Positions 23,766-38,617 are shown, counted from the first letter of the stretch. The stretch: DNA of 64,000 bases from Neoconidiobolus thromboides FSU 785 (GCA_025603075.1 MU626290.1:1-64000), one strand, 5' to 3'. Translations and numbers: made by a program. The notes: generated by a model from the sequence alone, not told the origin.

Positions 23766-24444
23766 TTTTAACTTTAGAACCTTTTTACTCATTTTTAGTG
23801 TTTCAATTAAAATATTAATTTTTTGTATACAGGAGCAATAGCTAGCATCAAAATAGTACTTTTCATGACTCAAATCTATATCAAATTAATATTTTCTGAT
23901 AAACATAGTCTATTTTTATAAGCTACTAATATAAAGGTTTAAAACGGCATTAAATATTTTTATTTTATAACATAATAATCATCTCGAAACAGTTTAATAT
24001 ATTATTACTTTATTTAGTAAAATACGAGGATAGTTTCACTAAATAGGGGAATAGTTTGGAAACTGTTTTGAGATTTTTAGTTGTGTAATGTCAATTTATG
24101 AATTGTTTTTTGATTCCTTGAAATATTTACTTATCTTACATTACTAAGATGTCGAATATAATCAAACTTTTTATTTTTCGTCTTTCATTTCAAGGTCTAA
24201 ATCATCACAACCCTTATCATTAAACCCCTTAGATGAAAAAAAGGATATATTAACGTTCAGATACGTTTAAGTTATTTCAGTAGTGTAAATTGATAGCATT
24301 CTACATAATTTTTTGAGGACTTGCAATCAATCTTACAAATCCCATAAAAATTCTAAATTCTAAATTTCCAACTAATCGATTAGATTATCAAAAATTCAAA
24401 AATGCGATCCATCTTTTAATTCAAGTTAGAACAAATCTATAAAA

Positions 24445-24704
24445 ATGCCAAGTTATCAAAACAATAGCTCATTCAACAAACTTTCCAAACCAATTTATAA
24501 CACCCTTTTCAAACGTAATTCCGTCTTCTTAATAGGTGTATTTGCTTCCGCTTTCGCTTTTGAAGTTGTATTTGACCGTGCTACTGATAAAGTTTGGGAT
24601 AGCCTTAATCGTGGTGTAAGTATTTTTGGTTTTTTAATTATTTTTTTTAATTATTTTTTTAGAAACAATGGAAAGATATTGAACATAAATACACTGAGGA
24701 ATAA
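24445..24704 (+). CDS. QCR9: Cytochrome bc1 complex subunit 9
   Basis: IYNTLFKRNSVFLIGVFASAFAFEVVFD..WDSLNRG, intron 24616-24662, then KQWKDIEHKYTEE*. Confidence 0.95.
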
Positions 24705-25863
24705 AGTTTCCAATAAAGTTTGTTGATGGAGTAAATTTATTTTAAAATAAATTAATTTTTATTGAATTATTTGTAATTAAAATTTAATCAAACTTTAATT
24801 ATCAGACGATCAATTATTTAACAATTTAACGATGAGCTAAATTTGATATTTTTGAATTAGCTTTTTAGCAGAATGAAAGGATCAGAAGCTATAAAATGAT
24901 TTTATTATTTAAGATGGTCTATTGCAAATTCAATCTATGTATAGTTCTTTAAATAGAGTGGGTATAAATTTAATTGATATTCAATATGAGTGCCAGTAGT
25001 AAGTAGCTTTTTCAATCAGAATTTCCGCTATCTAAACTTAAACATGTTACATTTTTAAAATTCTGAATTTAATTTAGCGCCAATTAATCGATTGACTTAT
25101 CATAACTGTTTTTTCCCTACGAATATTAATTAAAGAAATTATACTAAAGATTCAAACCAGTAGTATCACTTATATTTTTACTTCAAATATCTCCCATTGT
25201 TAAAACTTATCGCATCACTTAACTGTTTTATAATTATTTTACTTGCTTGTTTCTTTGATCATTATATGCTAAGTAACTTAGTTCAAAGCAGTTTATTAGA
25301 ATATTATAAAATTATTCACATGAGTATAAATGTTTATTACTTATAGAAATTAGGCTTGATATTTATTGTAACAAATTTAACAACATAAGCTATTTGATTT
25401 AAAATGTTTATCTTTACAATCTATAAATTAAAATAGAACTACTTATAACTACTTATAACTAAATTAAACAAAAATTGTTATATTTCATACTTTATAAAAC
25501 TTTAACGGGAACTATTGTATTGATTTTTAACATGTATTATGTGGTATAGCAAGTACTATTATAGCCATAATAAATGAATTCTAATTTAATTCCCGATGTA
25601 TGATAGGCTTAAAATTAACTGGATGAGCCAACAAAAGGGTCTAAAATGATTGGCTAAAATAATTTTTCCTAATGGAGTGTAGAAATGAATTGGGAGAGTG
25701 ACTTTTAAACAGTATTGAAGCCACAATTAACCACTTTTCTAGTGTTCCTTAAATTAAATTAAAACGAACTAGCCAAGTTTTAAATTGCGAGCATTTTTAT
25801 AATCTTTTCAATTTAGCTTCGATCAATAGTTACTTTTTTTGGCTTTAAAGAGCCCAGTTTAGT

Positions 25864-28800
25864 ATGGCTGGAAATAATATTCGAGTGTTATGTAGGTTCC
25901 GTCCTCAAAATAAAAGGGAAATTGAGGCCGGAGGTCAACCTTGCATCAAATTTAGTGAGGATATGACCACCGTTCAAGTTGATGTAAAAATTTAACAATT
26001 GTTTATTCATTCATACTAATGTTATATTTAGAGTAAAGAGTATCCAGGGGATTTTACCTTTGATGCCATTTACGATCATACAACATCCCAAAAAGACTTT
26101 TTTGAGTCTTCAGTGAAAGCAACTGTAGATGGTTGAATTGTTAATTATCACTTAAAGCCAGTATTAATATTTTTTTTAGATGTAATCAAAGGGTACAATG
26201 GAACAGTTTTTGCCTATGGGCAAACAGGTGCTGGTAAAACATTTACGATGATGGTAAAAAGAATTATAGTAAAAAGGAACAAACTAAAAAAAGCTTATAG
26301 GGAGCAGGAGGGTTAGATAATGTAGAATTAAAGGGTATTACTCCGCGTATCATTGAAACTATTTTTGAAAGCATTTATGCTTCTACTTCAAACATTGAGT
26401 ATTTGGTTAAAGTTTCATATATGGAAATTTACATGGAAAAAATTAAAGATCTTTTAAACCGTAAAAATTTCACATTAAGTTTGTATTTTAAATTTACCAA
26501 ATTTTAGCTGTAAATGACAATCTGCCGATCCATGAAGATAAAGTAAATGGGATTTATGTTAAGGGTATGACTGAGCTTTATGTAAGCTCAGTAGAAGAAG
26601 TATATGAAGTTTTAAATAGAGGTGGAGCAAACAGAGTTGTGGCATTCACAAGTAAAATATTATTATTAGCATATTAAATAATTGTTTAATATTTAATAGA
26701 AATGAATGCTGAATCTTCTCGTTCTCATTCACTCTTTGTGATAAATGTCGAACAAAAAAATCTTTCAGATGGAAGTCAAAAACGTGGTAGAATGTTTTTA
26801 GTAGATTTAGCTGGCTCAGAGAAGGTAAAAATAATCTATTCAAATATTATTTTTAACATTTTCAGGTAGGAAAAACTGGCGCTTCAGGCCAAACTTTAGA
26901 AGAAGCAAAGAAGATTAATAAATCACTTTCTGCACTTGGTATGGTGATTAACTCTCTTACTGATGGAAAGGTAATATACAGATTTAATAACAAATTTGGA
27001 TCATTGAATATTATTTTTAGTCAAAACATATTCCTTATCGTGATTCTAAACTTACTCGTATTTTACAAGAATCTCTTGGTGGTAACTCTAGGACAACTTT
27101 AGTTATTAATTGTTCACCTTCGTCATACAATGATGCGGAAACAGTCAGTACTCTTCGATTTGGTATACGGTAAGTTTATTAGAAGCCTATAAAGATAATC
27201 TTATTGTTTTTAGAGCCAAATCCATCAAAAACAAGGCCAAAGTTAATGCTGAACTCAGTCCAGCAGAGCTTAAAGCCATGCTCAAAAAGGCAAAGACTCA
27301 AATCCTTACATTTCAACAGTATATTAACTCATTGGAAGGAGAAACAAAAATATGGCGTTCTGGTAATTTATTTATGTATTTGTTCAAATATAGTGATTCA
27401 CTCCATATTTAGGCGGTTTTGTGCCTCCAGAGAATTATGCTGTTATTCAAAAAGGTCCCGTACGTGCTAATTCTACATCAGTAAATGATTCAGGACCTAC
27501 AACACCCACACAACAGCAAACTCCTCTTTCTCCTACTTTATCCCAAGTTCCACTCTCACCAACGTCATCCGTTTCGACGTTACCACCTAAACCAATACCA
27601 GAGCATTTAGCTGATTTGTCAAGACCTTCTACTCCTGGAACACTCGTTGAAGATGAAAGAGAAGAATTCATCAAACGTGAAAATTCATTATCTTCCGCTT
27701 TAGCAGAAAAAGTATTTATATCATTATTTTCTATCTTATCTAATATTCTAATTAGGAAAATGATCTCAATAATCAAACTAAAATGGCAACAGAGTACAAA
27801 AAAGAGCTCAATGAAGTTAAAGAGGAATTGACACAAGCTTCACAAGAAAATAAACAAATGTCATCCCAATTAGATGTTTTGAAAGCTGAGCTTGAGAAAA
27901 TCATTTTTGAAAAAAATGAAACTCAAATCCAACTTGATAGCATAACTGAGTCAAATGCAGAAATGACTTCCCAACTTCAAGAAGTTAAGGTAGGTTTATT
28001 ATCCTTTAATAAATCATTTACCAACATCAGTTTAGGAAGCCTTGACTACCTTAACTAAAGAAAAAGCAATTGAAGCAGAAGAGAAAGCTAAACTTATCAA
28101 AACAATTGAAATGATGAACAAGATTGAACCAAGCCTTAATTTAGAAAATTGGAATGCTAAAGAAAAAGAGTTGAGATCAGCTATGGCAAGCTTAGATTCC
28201 ATCGAAGGGAAAGATATTGTATCTTCAGAAGAAGCTGAAGCATTACGTGCTGAAGTTGTTCGTTCAAGGGCAGAGATTGAGAATTATGCTCAAATTATTG
28301 GTGATTTAGAATATGAAAATGATGTCCTTCTTCGTAAATGTCATGATTTAGATGAGAGGCTTTCAGCTGTTGAGCTTGAATATGCTGAAGTTTTAGGTAA
28401 ATTTTCATTATTATAATTGCTCGTTAATATTTATTTTATAGAAATTACTCTTGCCGAGGAAGATAACCATGGTATGAGTGAGGCGGAAGTTGCAGATCTT
28501 AAAGTAAGCAGCTTAATTTCAATTACTCTCTTATACTTACCCGAATCTAGGAAAAAATTGAATCCCAATATAATCAGAAAAAAGAGAAACATCTCCAAGA
28601 GATCAAAGAGCTTAAGGAAGTCGTAGAGCGCAAAAACAAAGAAATTCAAGATATGAATAGGTATTTATATTAATATTTTTTAGTGCAGATTAACTTTTAT
28701 AGTAATATCGTTGAATTAAAGCAAGTCAATGAAGAACTCAAGTTAGCTGTAGCTAAAGCTGAGTCAAATAAGCCTAGAGTTGTTGGAGCTGATAAAGAAA

Positions 28801-29380
28801 AGGATATTGAAGCCATTCGTAAAACAATGGTAAATCAATATAGTTAGTTTGTAATTATTATATGAATATTTCTTAGGCAAAGCAACTTAGTGATTTTGAT
28901 GTTATGAAAAAATCATTAATGAGAGATCTCCAAAATAAATGTGAGAAAGTTATTGAACTAGAAATTACATTAGAGTCCACTAGAGATCAACTAGGTGCTT
29001 CTTTGAAATCCAATAATACCAAAAACCAACAACAGAAAATGATGTTCTTAGAACGTAATCTAGAACAGCTTACTACTGTTCAAAAACAAGTAACTATATG
29101 TTTATTCTAAAAAATTATTTAATAATGTTTTTTATAGTTGGTTGAACAAAACACCAATCTTAAGAAAGAAGTGACTTTAGCTGAAAGAAAATTAGCATCT
29201 CGTAATGAAAGGATTTCAAATATGGAAGCTCTACTCAAAGAAAACCAAGAAAAATTGAATCTTCAGTCTCAAAAGTAAGCTATTATTGTTGGCATTATCA
29301 TTATATATTAATTTATTTTATTATTAGATTCGAGAAACAACTTAATAGCTTAAAAGAAAGATTAGAAGCTGTCATGGGTA

Positions 29381-29411
<31 letters not shown>

Positions 29412-30085
29412 TACTAATAACTTTATTTAGCATCAAAACAACAAGTAAATAATTCGACTCCCTTTAGCTTTGGAAGGATTGCCAAACCTTTACGCGGAAC
29501 AGCACCTGTTACAGAAGAACAAGAGCTCAAAAGGTAGCTATTAATTTTTTAAAATAACATGATTAATCAATTATAATTAGTGATTTCGAAAACTTTATCA
29601 ACAGCATTGGAGGGAGTAAACATGGTAAGCAAGCTAACTTTTACATAATGCGCTTAAGGATGATCTTGGATGTAATCCTATGTTTTGGGATTATGAGGTT
29701 GTTAAGTAACCAAGCGATACCTAGTCTGGTCAGATCTTGGGGGCCTCATGTTCGCCAATGGAAATCCAAATCCATTTCACTCTTTTCTTTGATCAAGCTT
29801 TTACCTGGTTGATTTCAATTATGTGTTCATCATCTCTTAACAAGGTTCTATTTATAATATTAAGGCCTCCATGATCTGCCCAAAGATGAGAGTGAAAGTC
29901 AATATTATCTTTTATGAACATGAGCGTCCCTAAGGTCCCGGCTTCGGTTCGCTTTCCTTTAAGCCTTTTTTAATTTTTGTTTATTTAATTATTATTTATT
30001 TATTTACTGGTTCTAAAACTATACTTTTTTATTAGAACGCTCTGGATCAGTCAATAAGCGTACCTCTTGGTTATGGGGTAAATAG
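25864..30085 (+). CDS. kinA: Conventional kinesin (kinesin-1) heavy chain, many exons
   Basis: [11 protein letters not shown]-loop [31 protein letters not shown], coiled coil, tail RIAKPLRG (IAK motif) and final exon [15 protein letters not shown]. Confidence 0.95.
29712..29954 (+). other. Structured RNA element inside the 411-nt last kinesin intron (29625-30035)
   Basis: 29733-29753 pairs with 29916-29937 (21 bp, 3 G-U, 1 bulge). 29775-29791 pairs with 29881-29897 (16 of 17). Outer pairing is 29712-29729 with 29938-29954. Confidence 0.7.
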
Positions 30086-31573
30086 ATACGATCTATTTTT
30101 TGTTTTAGCACTTTTTCATTGTTGGATTCTTTATTATGTTTTACAATAAAATGTTAATATCTTCATCTTAACCATGGTGTTTTTATAAATCATGATTATT
30201 AAAATTCAAATTGATTTACAGGTTTTATTAGATAAATTTAAAATAACCATTTTGAGAGCATTGACTTAAAATATGTTTTAAAACAACATACTTGTTTAAT
30301 ACAGATTAATAATATTCAAACTTAATAAATTTAGAAATTTACTAAATTCACTACAAAATTCAATCTAGTCAACCAAATAGGGGTGGGTTTGATCGTTGAA
30401 TTATAAGTACCAAAATTTGATAACACTAGTCAGCGAAAATTTTGTACTGAGCTGATATTTGAAAAATTCTCAAATAATAGATCTTAAATAAAGGCTAGTT
30501 TGTAAAATCTATTTGTACAAAACTTTTTGTCCTAAATATATTACAAAAGTCCTAATTGATTAATTTTCCCCTAATAATAAACTAGAACTATAGATATCAG
30601 ATTTTATCTCTTTGATATGTAAAAAAAGGTACATATCAAACTACTTTAATAATTTATATCAAATATCTTCCCTATCTTAAATAAAAGATTTTTATATTAT
30701 TTTTACATTGTATATTTTTAATATTTTTAATACTATGTACTATGATATTAATATACTTTCATAAATTGTAGAAACTTAAAGCTTCTCTTATTATTAGTTT
30801 AAGGTTGTATTTATTTTAATAAAAACTTACGCATTCAAACTTATTTAAGTTAATTTCTTGCTAAAATTTATGAAACAATTAGAAATGCTTTCTGTTCATA
30901 GAGTTTAATGTGGGTCTAATAAAATTTGATGAATTATAAATTTTTTGTAAATATTAATTTAATTTTTCTAAGACAATTTTAAATGTTCATTTTAATTTTG
31001 ATAGCTGTAAACTGAATGATCAAATACAGCTATTTAATTAGCCTATTGAATTTTTATAATGAATTTAGTGACAACTGTAATTTTGGTAAGTCTCCGAATT
31101 TATTTTGCTTAATTTGATCTTGCTCAAATTTTTGAGCTAAAAAATATTTTTTCAGTATTTTTACACTGAAGAAAGTAGAATTGTTAATTACTAATGAAAC
31201 ATTGAAAAAAATAACATCGTATGGATTAATTAATTTAATTTTTTAATTATTTATACACAAAACAACAATGATCATTGTATTTAATATAGTATAATCATCC
31301 CTGTTTAGAACTAAAATAAATTAAAATGTTCAAATTAAATATGGTGTAAGGGTAGCAATGATAGTAAAATTACATAAGCATGTGCAATTTAGTAGCAAAC
31401 CTAATTAAGCCAATAAACAATAAGAACCTTTATCAATGGAAAATTATAGTTGGTCACAAACACATATTTAGAAAATTGAGATTTTCTATAATTCTGACAT
31501 CACTTTAAAGAGGAGCTTTATAAAAATAAAGAATGACCTCAATGAAGTTTTGACATTTTAAACTTTTAAAATT

Positions 31574-34183
31574 ATGACGATAGAAGCTAGCAGCGAAACT
31601 AAAGAAAAGGAAAAGCCCAGTTTGTTGGATATATATTCTGAAGGTATTTATTGTTACTCTTTTTTTTCTTTAAATCTAATAAAGCTTTAGGTTTTGAGCC
31701 TTCGAAGATTCCTCCAACTCATTTGATATTTATTATTCATGGTAATTCAATTTTATTGAACAAATGTCAACTTGTTAAAATTTATATAAAGGAATCGGAT
31801 ATAAGATGTTTGATAAAAGCAAGTTTAATGAAAATAGTAAGCCTTTTTAAAATATAATATTATTCAACAATAAAACAAATCAAGTTAATACACTTAGTGA
31901 AACCGCAAAAACAGTTTTGGAGCAGAAATATACCGACAAAGAAATGAAGCTTTTTTATGCACCTATTGGTAAGTACATAGTGGTTATCTAAGTAAAAACT
32001 AATCACTCTTTTAGAGTGGGCGGAGGAATTCCATGCACTCACCACAGTTGATGGGTAATCATATTCTTTTTCATTTATCATAAATCTAAACAAAATAGGC
32101 GCATGAATAAAATTACGCTTCCAACAGTGCCAGCAATGAGAGTTATAACAAATGGTACTATAGTTAATAAATTAATATATATGCTTATAATCAATTAGAT
32201 TGCCTTTCGGATGTGTTATACTATTTCACAGATTATCACCGTCAACACTTGTTAGATATCATTTGCATGAAGATGAATAGGATATTTAAAGAGTTCAAAG
32301 AGGTATATCCTGATTTTTGTGGACCTGTTGGGATTATTTCTCATTCGCTTGGTGGTGTAATAAGCTATGACTTACTTTCAATTAAAAATCAAGAGGTGGG
32401 CTCAAACGACCAGATCTACTCTGTAGCTTTTCCGCGTACCAATTATCCTAAGCTTGATTTTGAGCCGAAATTTCTCTTTACTTTGGGGTCGCCAATTGGG
32501 GCAGTTATGGTTTTAAGAGGGCTTAAATATGAAGATTTTCGTTTATCTGAAGATATAGAGTTTATGAATATTTATAATCCGTATGATCCATTAGCATATA
32601 GACTAGAACCTTTAATTTCGCAAGACTATGAAGGACTCGAAGCTAAATCTATTGATACTTATGAAACTAATGAACAGTCATACTATTTCCCAAGAATATC
32701 CGCCCTTTTACCAGAAGCGCCATCTTTTATAAAGTCAGCAAAAAATTTGCTCCCAAATTTCAATAGACAATTAGAGGATGAGGACGATGAAGACTCATTA
32801 GGAGGTTATGAGAGTAGTGATGAAGGTAGCGTTGACTCTCTAGAGCTAAGCAATGAATCCATAACAGTTTTAAAATCCGAAGATGATATAAGTACACGTA
32901 GTTTAAGCGGGTTTTCCGTATCAGCTGTTGGAATATCTGGTTATAAAAGGGGGTCAGTAATTGAAAGATTACATGAAATAAAGTATAACAGATCATCACC
33001 TTTGCCCTCTGAATCGAATTCTGCAGTAAATTCACGCCCTTCCTCATTCTATCAAGGCGCAATTGATTCATTGTTTTCATATCCTAAGTTCAATTCATTA
33101 CCCAAACCTAGTCCTAAACCAAAAACACCGCCTAGGCGCCCTAAGATAGGGAAATACTACTCTCGCCACTCAATTGCTCATAAGCAAATTTCTCCTAAAC
33201 CTTTCAATAGAAACGTGAATTCTAAAGACATTGTATTCAGAGACAATAATTCTGAATCTAGCTCACATTTGTTGAGTCTAAAATATCCTTTTAGCGTAGA
33301 TATAAAAGAAAGTGAAATATCATCGTCTTATGAAGATGTTGGAACTTCCAAATATTTAGAAACTCATCAACACTCCAATAGTATAAAAGCGGAAAATGAT
33401 AGACATATTCAACTTTCTCGTAGTAAGACATGGAATCATTTAGATAGGCTGAAAGATGGCTGCAATGAGGAAGAAATCATGTGGCTATGGGGTTCTATGG
33501 CATTCAATATACAACAGAATAAGTTGAATGAAAAAGCTCAAACTTCAGCAATAGATTTGAACAGTTTCAAGGCAAAAAATGAAGAAGAAGAAAACGATAA
33601 TAAAGGAAATAATTTAGAAAGCTTATCTAACACAAAAAAACCCAAGAAAAAAGTAACTATGGATGATAGTTGTGGAGATGCCAAAAAAGATTTATCACAA
33701 CCCAGGTTAATTAGAAACCTTACACCAAGGTGGAATAGAAGCGTAAAATCTGAAACTAGTATCAATAGTTACTTTGATGATGTAAATAACCTTTCCCAAG
33801 AGAACAATGATTTGATAAGTAATACAAAGATCAATTTACCAGATGAGAACTGTCATAGCACAACAGTGGATTTAGAAAGGCATCCGGGGAATACGGAAGC
33901 CAGAGATGTCCTTATACAAGAAAAAAAAGCACTTGATCGGATAAATAGTGATGCACAGTTTCCACCAGTTTGTTGTAACGGAGTAGATAAGGTAGAAAAT
34001 CTTAAAAGGTATGATTACTGTATCCAAACCAAGGCAATTAGTAACCTGAGCATGGAATACTTTGTTGGGCTCGGAGCACATTTTAGTTATTGGGATAACA
34101 AAGATTTAGCACAACAAATGATAAAAACCATGTTGCATCTTAAAGACAAAAAAAGAGAAGGGGGTGAACCAGCCGAGGATTGA
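31574..34183 (+). CDS. DDHD-domain phospholipase A1 (PA-PLA1 family), multi-exon
   Basis: THLIFIIHG, DVLYY, SHSLG (GxSxG-type), LFTLGSPIG, NIYNPYDPLAYRLEP, RYDY and AHFSYW. ATG 31574 inferred by splicing. Confidence 0.9.
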
Positions 34184-34502
34184 AGTGTAGTTTTAAATAT
34201 TATTTAATCTTATATAGTAACATAATACTATTAAATTATTGAAATGCTTAGATCTTAGTATAAATTTAAATTGAAAACAGTTAATAAATTGAATTATTTG
34301 ATTACAACTTAGAGTTTTATTCCATGTTATTTAAATCAAAAAGATATATTGAATTGACTTTTTTCTTTCAGTGTTTTATTCACTTTTTAATTTAAAATCA
34401 AGAAACTAGATAATTTTTTTAAAAGACATGGCTATGTATTAAATATAAATATAAACTTCATTAAATAAAGGTTAAACTTATTGAGTTACAATAAATTAAA
34501 AA

Positions 34503-37500
34503 TCAAAATTTATTTAATCCAATCTCAGTAAATCGAAATCCACACTTGTTATCACTAAGATCTATAACGGCAACTGAATTGATAGAAGAAGCCTGACTTT
34601 CAGAGTCATCGCTATCTTCCGCGTCATCCTCCATATCATACTCATTTTCAGTTTCCGTGTCCATTTCCTCCTGATGCCTTGGGTCTGGGCTCAAAACAAA
34701 GATTTGAGTTCTTAAAATGATAAATAAACTTAATTATAACAAATGAGAAGCTTACTTTTTTGGATCCAAAAATTGTGTAAAATAATTAAGATAAGCAGCC
34801 CTTAGATCATTTAATGTAATTGTATTTAAACAATCTCTGGTGAGCTGGACAAACTCCTCAATTGTATTAAATCCCTAAAAAGGTATTAATCTTAGAAAAA
34901 ATAATTAAATATCAGCTTACACAAAGCCCTAATCTGAGAGCAGAATCTAAGATCGCGGATGGTGAATCGAGTAAATAAAAGCTATTATAAACAACAGACG
35001 ATTTAGCCAACTCTAACTCCATGGGATCAATCAGCTTGTCCCACTCATTCGCGTCTAACAAGCGTTCAAAAAAAGACCATATTTCATTTAAAGCCTTTTC
35101 TGGATCAATACTGTCACTCAACTCCAATACAAGCCCTCCAGTCCAAGGTCTTAGACTAAGCTGAATATGATATGCTAAACCTTGACCACGTATCAACTCA
35201 TAAAGATGGCCATTGCTTCTTGAAAATAGTTCAGATAGCATAGAGACACTCATCATCTCATGGAATTTTTCGTGTTCTTGAGTGGAGGCTGGTATGCTGA
35301 ATAGATGACATGGTACTATAGCAATGGAATAAGAAGAAGTAATGGATCCAAGATAGATGATACCAGCCGTTGGATATGGTGGATCTTTAGGGTGTTTGTA
35401 GGGGTGTCTAAAAATTATTGGCAGTGAGGAAGGGTTATAGGTTATATCTATAGTATTTGATTGATCTAAATCTAGCTTATAATCTTTTTTTTTAAGATTT
35501 TCATTTCTGTTTGATAAAGTAGAAGTAACTTTATTAGCCAATTCGTGATAATAAGTCTCAAATAAGGATTTAAATTTTTGGGCAGGAACTGAGTGATTGT
35601 CAAAGGCATTGGATGAAAATCCTATCTGCACAATACCTCCGTCTACGGAGGACAATAGAACTATGTCCCTCAGTTTGACCAATTTCTGTATGATGACATT
35701 AGTAGCCTCTTTCCCCAGCTTAGGATCCGATATAGAGGTTATAAGATCAGCAAGAAATTCTTCTTGCTTAAACAAATTAATTGCCATATCAAAACTGGTA
35801 TCTCCTTCTTTACCTTCTGCTATAACCCTTGAACAAATATAATGTATCATTGAATCTCCATCCCTTAGAATCTCTTCAAGTCCACTTAAAAGATTTTTAG
35901 CAGTAGACAACAGGCGAGATTTTGTAAATACACAGTCAAATATATTGGTTAGGGTCCATTTTAGCATGTCATCAAATTGACCTATCTCACATTTACTAAA
36001 TATAAAAAAGTAGTCACTTAACCAAGAGGTACTAAATGTTTTATTCCCTAAGCCTAAAGTAGCATACCTTTCTACTGTAGCTTTGTTTGTATTTTCAACC
36101 ACTTCGTTATATGGTATGATGGTTTGATCTTTTTTGATAATATCCAATTGGAACATCAAAGCTTGTAATAAAACAAAGTAAGGTTTTAAGTCATCTGGTA
36201 CTCTCTTTACTGGTAGGCCAATCATTAAGTGATTATATTGCGTATCCAATTGCATCAACTGTACATGATTAAATAGTTTTAATTCTGAGTTCATGCTAAT
36301 ATTATGGATAGTGCTCTTAGATATGGGCACTTTAGCCATATCTGGATGAAACGAAAAGTCTTCACCAGTAAGATCGATTTTATTACTATCAATTATAGTC
36401 TTCAGATCTTCATCTATCTTATTCAATTCTTTTTTACTTAAATTTTTTACAAATTCTGCTTCACTTTTGGCCCTGTTCATTTCTATTTTCTGCCCAAGTA
36501 TGTTAGAAGGTAAGGCAATTACTTCACTAGGTGATTGATCTAATAGCCAAAGTTTACCTATCTTCTTCCAATATGATAAATCTTTTTCAATTAAACTATT
36601 TATGATATCAAATGTATGGCACAGTTGATTTAATGATGCTTCAAATGGGGCATTATAAAACGTATCAGCGATAATAGCTGGGATAATGTTATCCACTAAA
36701 TCTTCCGTTGCATCCTCTTCCAAACTTCTTAATCTATTATTTCTATACCTTCTGATAGCTTCATGAAGCTTTTCTAACTTCATTTTATCAATGCTTTCTT
36801 TTATACAGTTTAATACTTTTTCTCTATAAACTCCAGCGTGTACATACTTCCCTTTGGCTGGAACCCCATAAAAAGTTAGCCATAGACTGGTTTCTGGGGT
36901 TAATCTTAATTCGTATCCAACGTCATTCGCTATTGGTTCGTTCAAGTTTACAAAATGTTGTTGCATTGGGGATGCTGGACTATCTGTCAAATAAAGTAAA
37001 ATGATCTCTAGAGTTAAAGACTGCTGATAGTCACTGAATTCTGGGCCTCTCCAAGCTAAATTTGTTAATGGATCATATAAATACTATTAGTACAAAATAT
37101 TTACCATAGCCTATTGAACCTACTGAAGTATCATCTGATGGAAAATGCACAGTTTTAGTGTTACTTTTGTTCCCATTTAATGGAAACTTTAAGCTCTTTT
37201 TAATGTTTGGGGTAATAGCCTTCTCTTCTTTTAACGTGATGGAGTGATTTAAGACATTCAAAATTTTATCTTTTGGAAGATCTTGGCCAGCTATTAGTAT
37301 AGTCACATTTTGCAAATGATAATAGGCTTGATGGTACTCTTTTATACTCTCAATATCAATTTTAGCAATATCTGGTGTTAATCCACCACATTCATAACTG
37401 TATGTGTTGTTATCCAAATATAACTCTCTCCGAAGATTAATATCAAGCTGTGATAAATTATTAAAAAATCAATCTAATTCTAGCACTAATTACCAAATCC

Positions 37501-38044
37501 TCTTCTGTAAATTCTCTACTAACCATTTCTGAAAATACAACCCCTCCTTGTTTTCCACGCCCATCTACATGGTATACCTAAAATTGTTTAAAAATCTTAA
37601 AAAAGTAAACATAAATCTCACCTCAGTTACAAAGTCTTCATAGCTCAGTCTAGGGTTGATTACATGGTCTAAAAACACAGGAAGTGTTTTTAGCAGTCCT
37701 TCATAACCCACTGTATTAAAAGTGTATGCAGTATGGTCTGAGGCAGTCCATGCATTAGTGCCGGTAGAAAGTGATCTTAAAGCTAAGGCTTCTAAGTACC
37801 CTCGTTTAAGGTAGTGTTTTGATCCGCAAAATATCAGATGCTCTAAAGTATGTGGTAGGCCCTTATTGTCGGTACATAAGGTAGGTATTAGGATGGTGGC
37901 TAAGGTGGTAGGTCCGGGTGTATTAATGAATAGCACCTTTAGATTAGTAGGATGATGCTTGTAAAGATTAAAATTAAATTGAGAGGTTGAATTAGGGGTT
38001 AGTTTCAATTCATTGTATAAAACGGGCTGGAAATTGGATACCAT
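34503..38044 (-). CDS. M16 (insulinase-family) zinc metallopeptidase, Sdd3/YOL098C-like, multi-exon
   Basis: GLPHTLEHLIFCGS (HxxEH), TNAWTASDHTAY, YSYECGG and later ELIRGQGLAY. ATG at 38044. Confidence 0.9.
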
Positions 38045-38617
38045 GGCGGAAAAGTGAATTGATATGTGTTTTAAAATGGTGCTATGTTTGTAAAAAATGA
38101 AATGGTAGGTCAATATTTTAAAATTAAAAACAAAGTTGAATTTTAAGATTCTTTTTACAAAATAATAATTAGGTATATTATTTTATTTTTAAGATTTTAA
38201 GTATTATTAAATGGAAAAAATTATTGAAATTCTTAAACAATAAGTGCCTAGTTTCCAAAATTGGACAGAAACTTAATCTAGATTGAGAATTTATTTAACT
38301 TGTCTTTTAAAGATAGGTATTTATATTCCATTATATGGGCAATTTGAGTTTATATGGCTTTAGTCACCTTATACTGCTGAGTATGTATTAAAAAAAAATA
38401 ACATAGCTTATACATGGTTTATAATTTTATCAAGTACATATTACATTGTTTTTTAATTTTATTATATAAAGCTAAAAAACATTAACTTGTTAATTATAAG
38501 GGATTGTTTTTAGTATTTTATGCTATAATAACATAACCTTAAGCTTTTTCTATAAGTCAATTAATAAAAGTTAGCTATTGTAATTTTTTTAAAACTTTAA
38601 ATTTAATTTTAATATAT

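Noticed and set aside
29730-29833. Minus-strand C-box (ATGATGA) and D-box (CTGA) in the kinesin intron
   Set aside because: No terminal stem, antisense to the host transcript, and the G-U pairing favours the plus strand.
29926-29934. CCCTAA as a possible telomerase RNA template
   Set aside because: Only one repeat unit, and it is buried in a stem.
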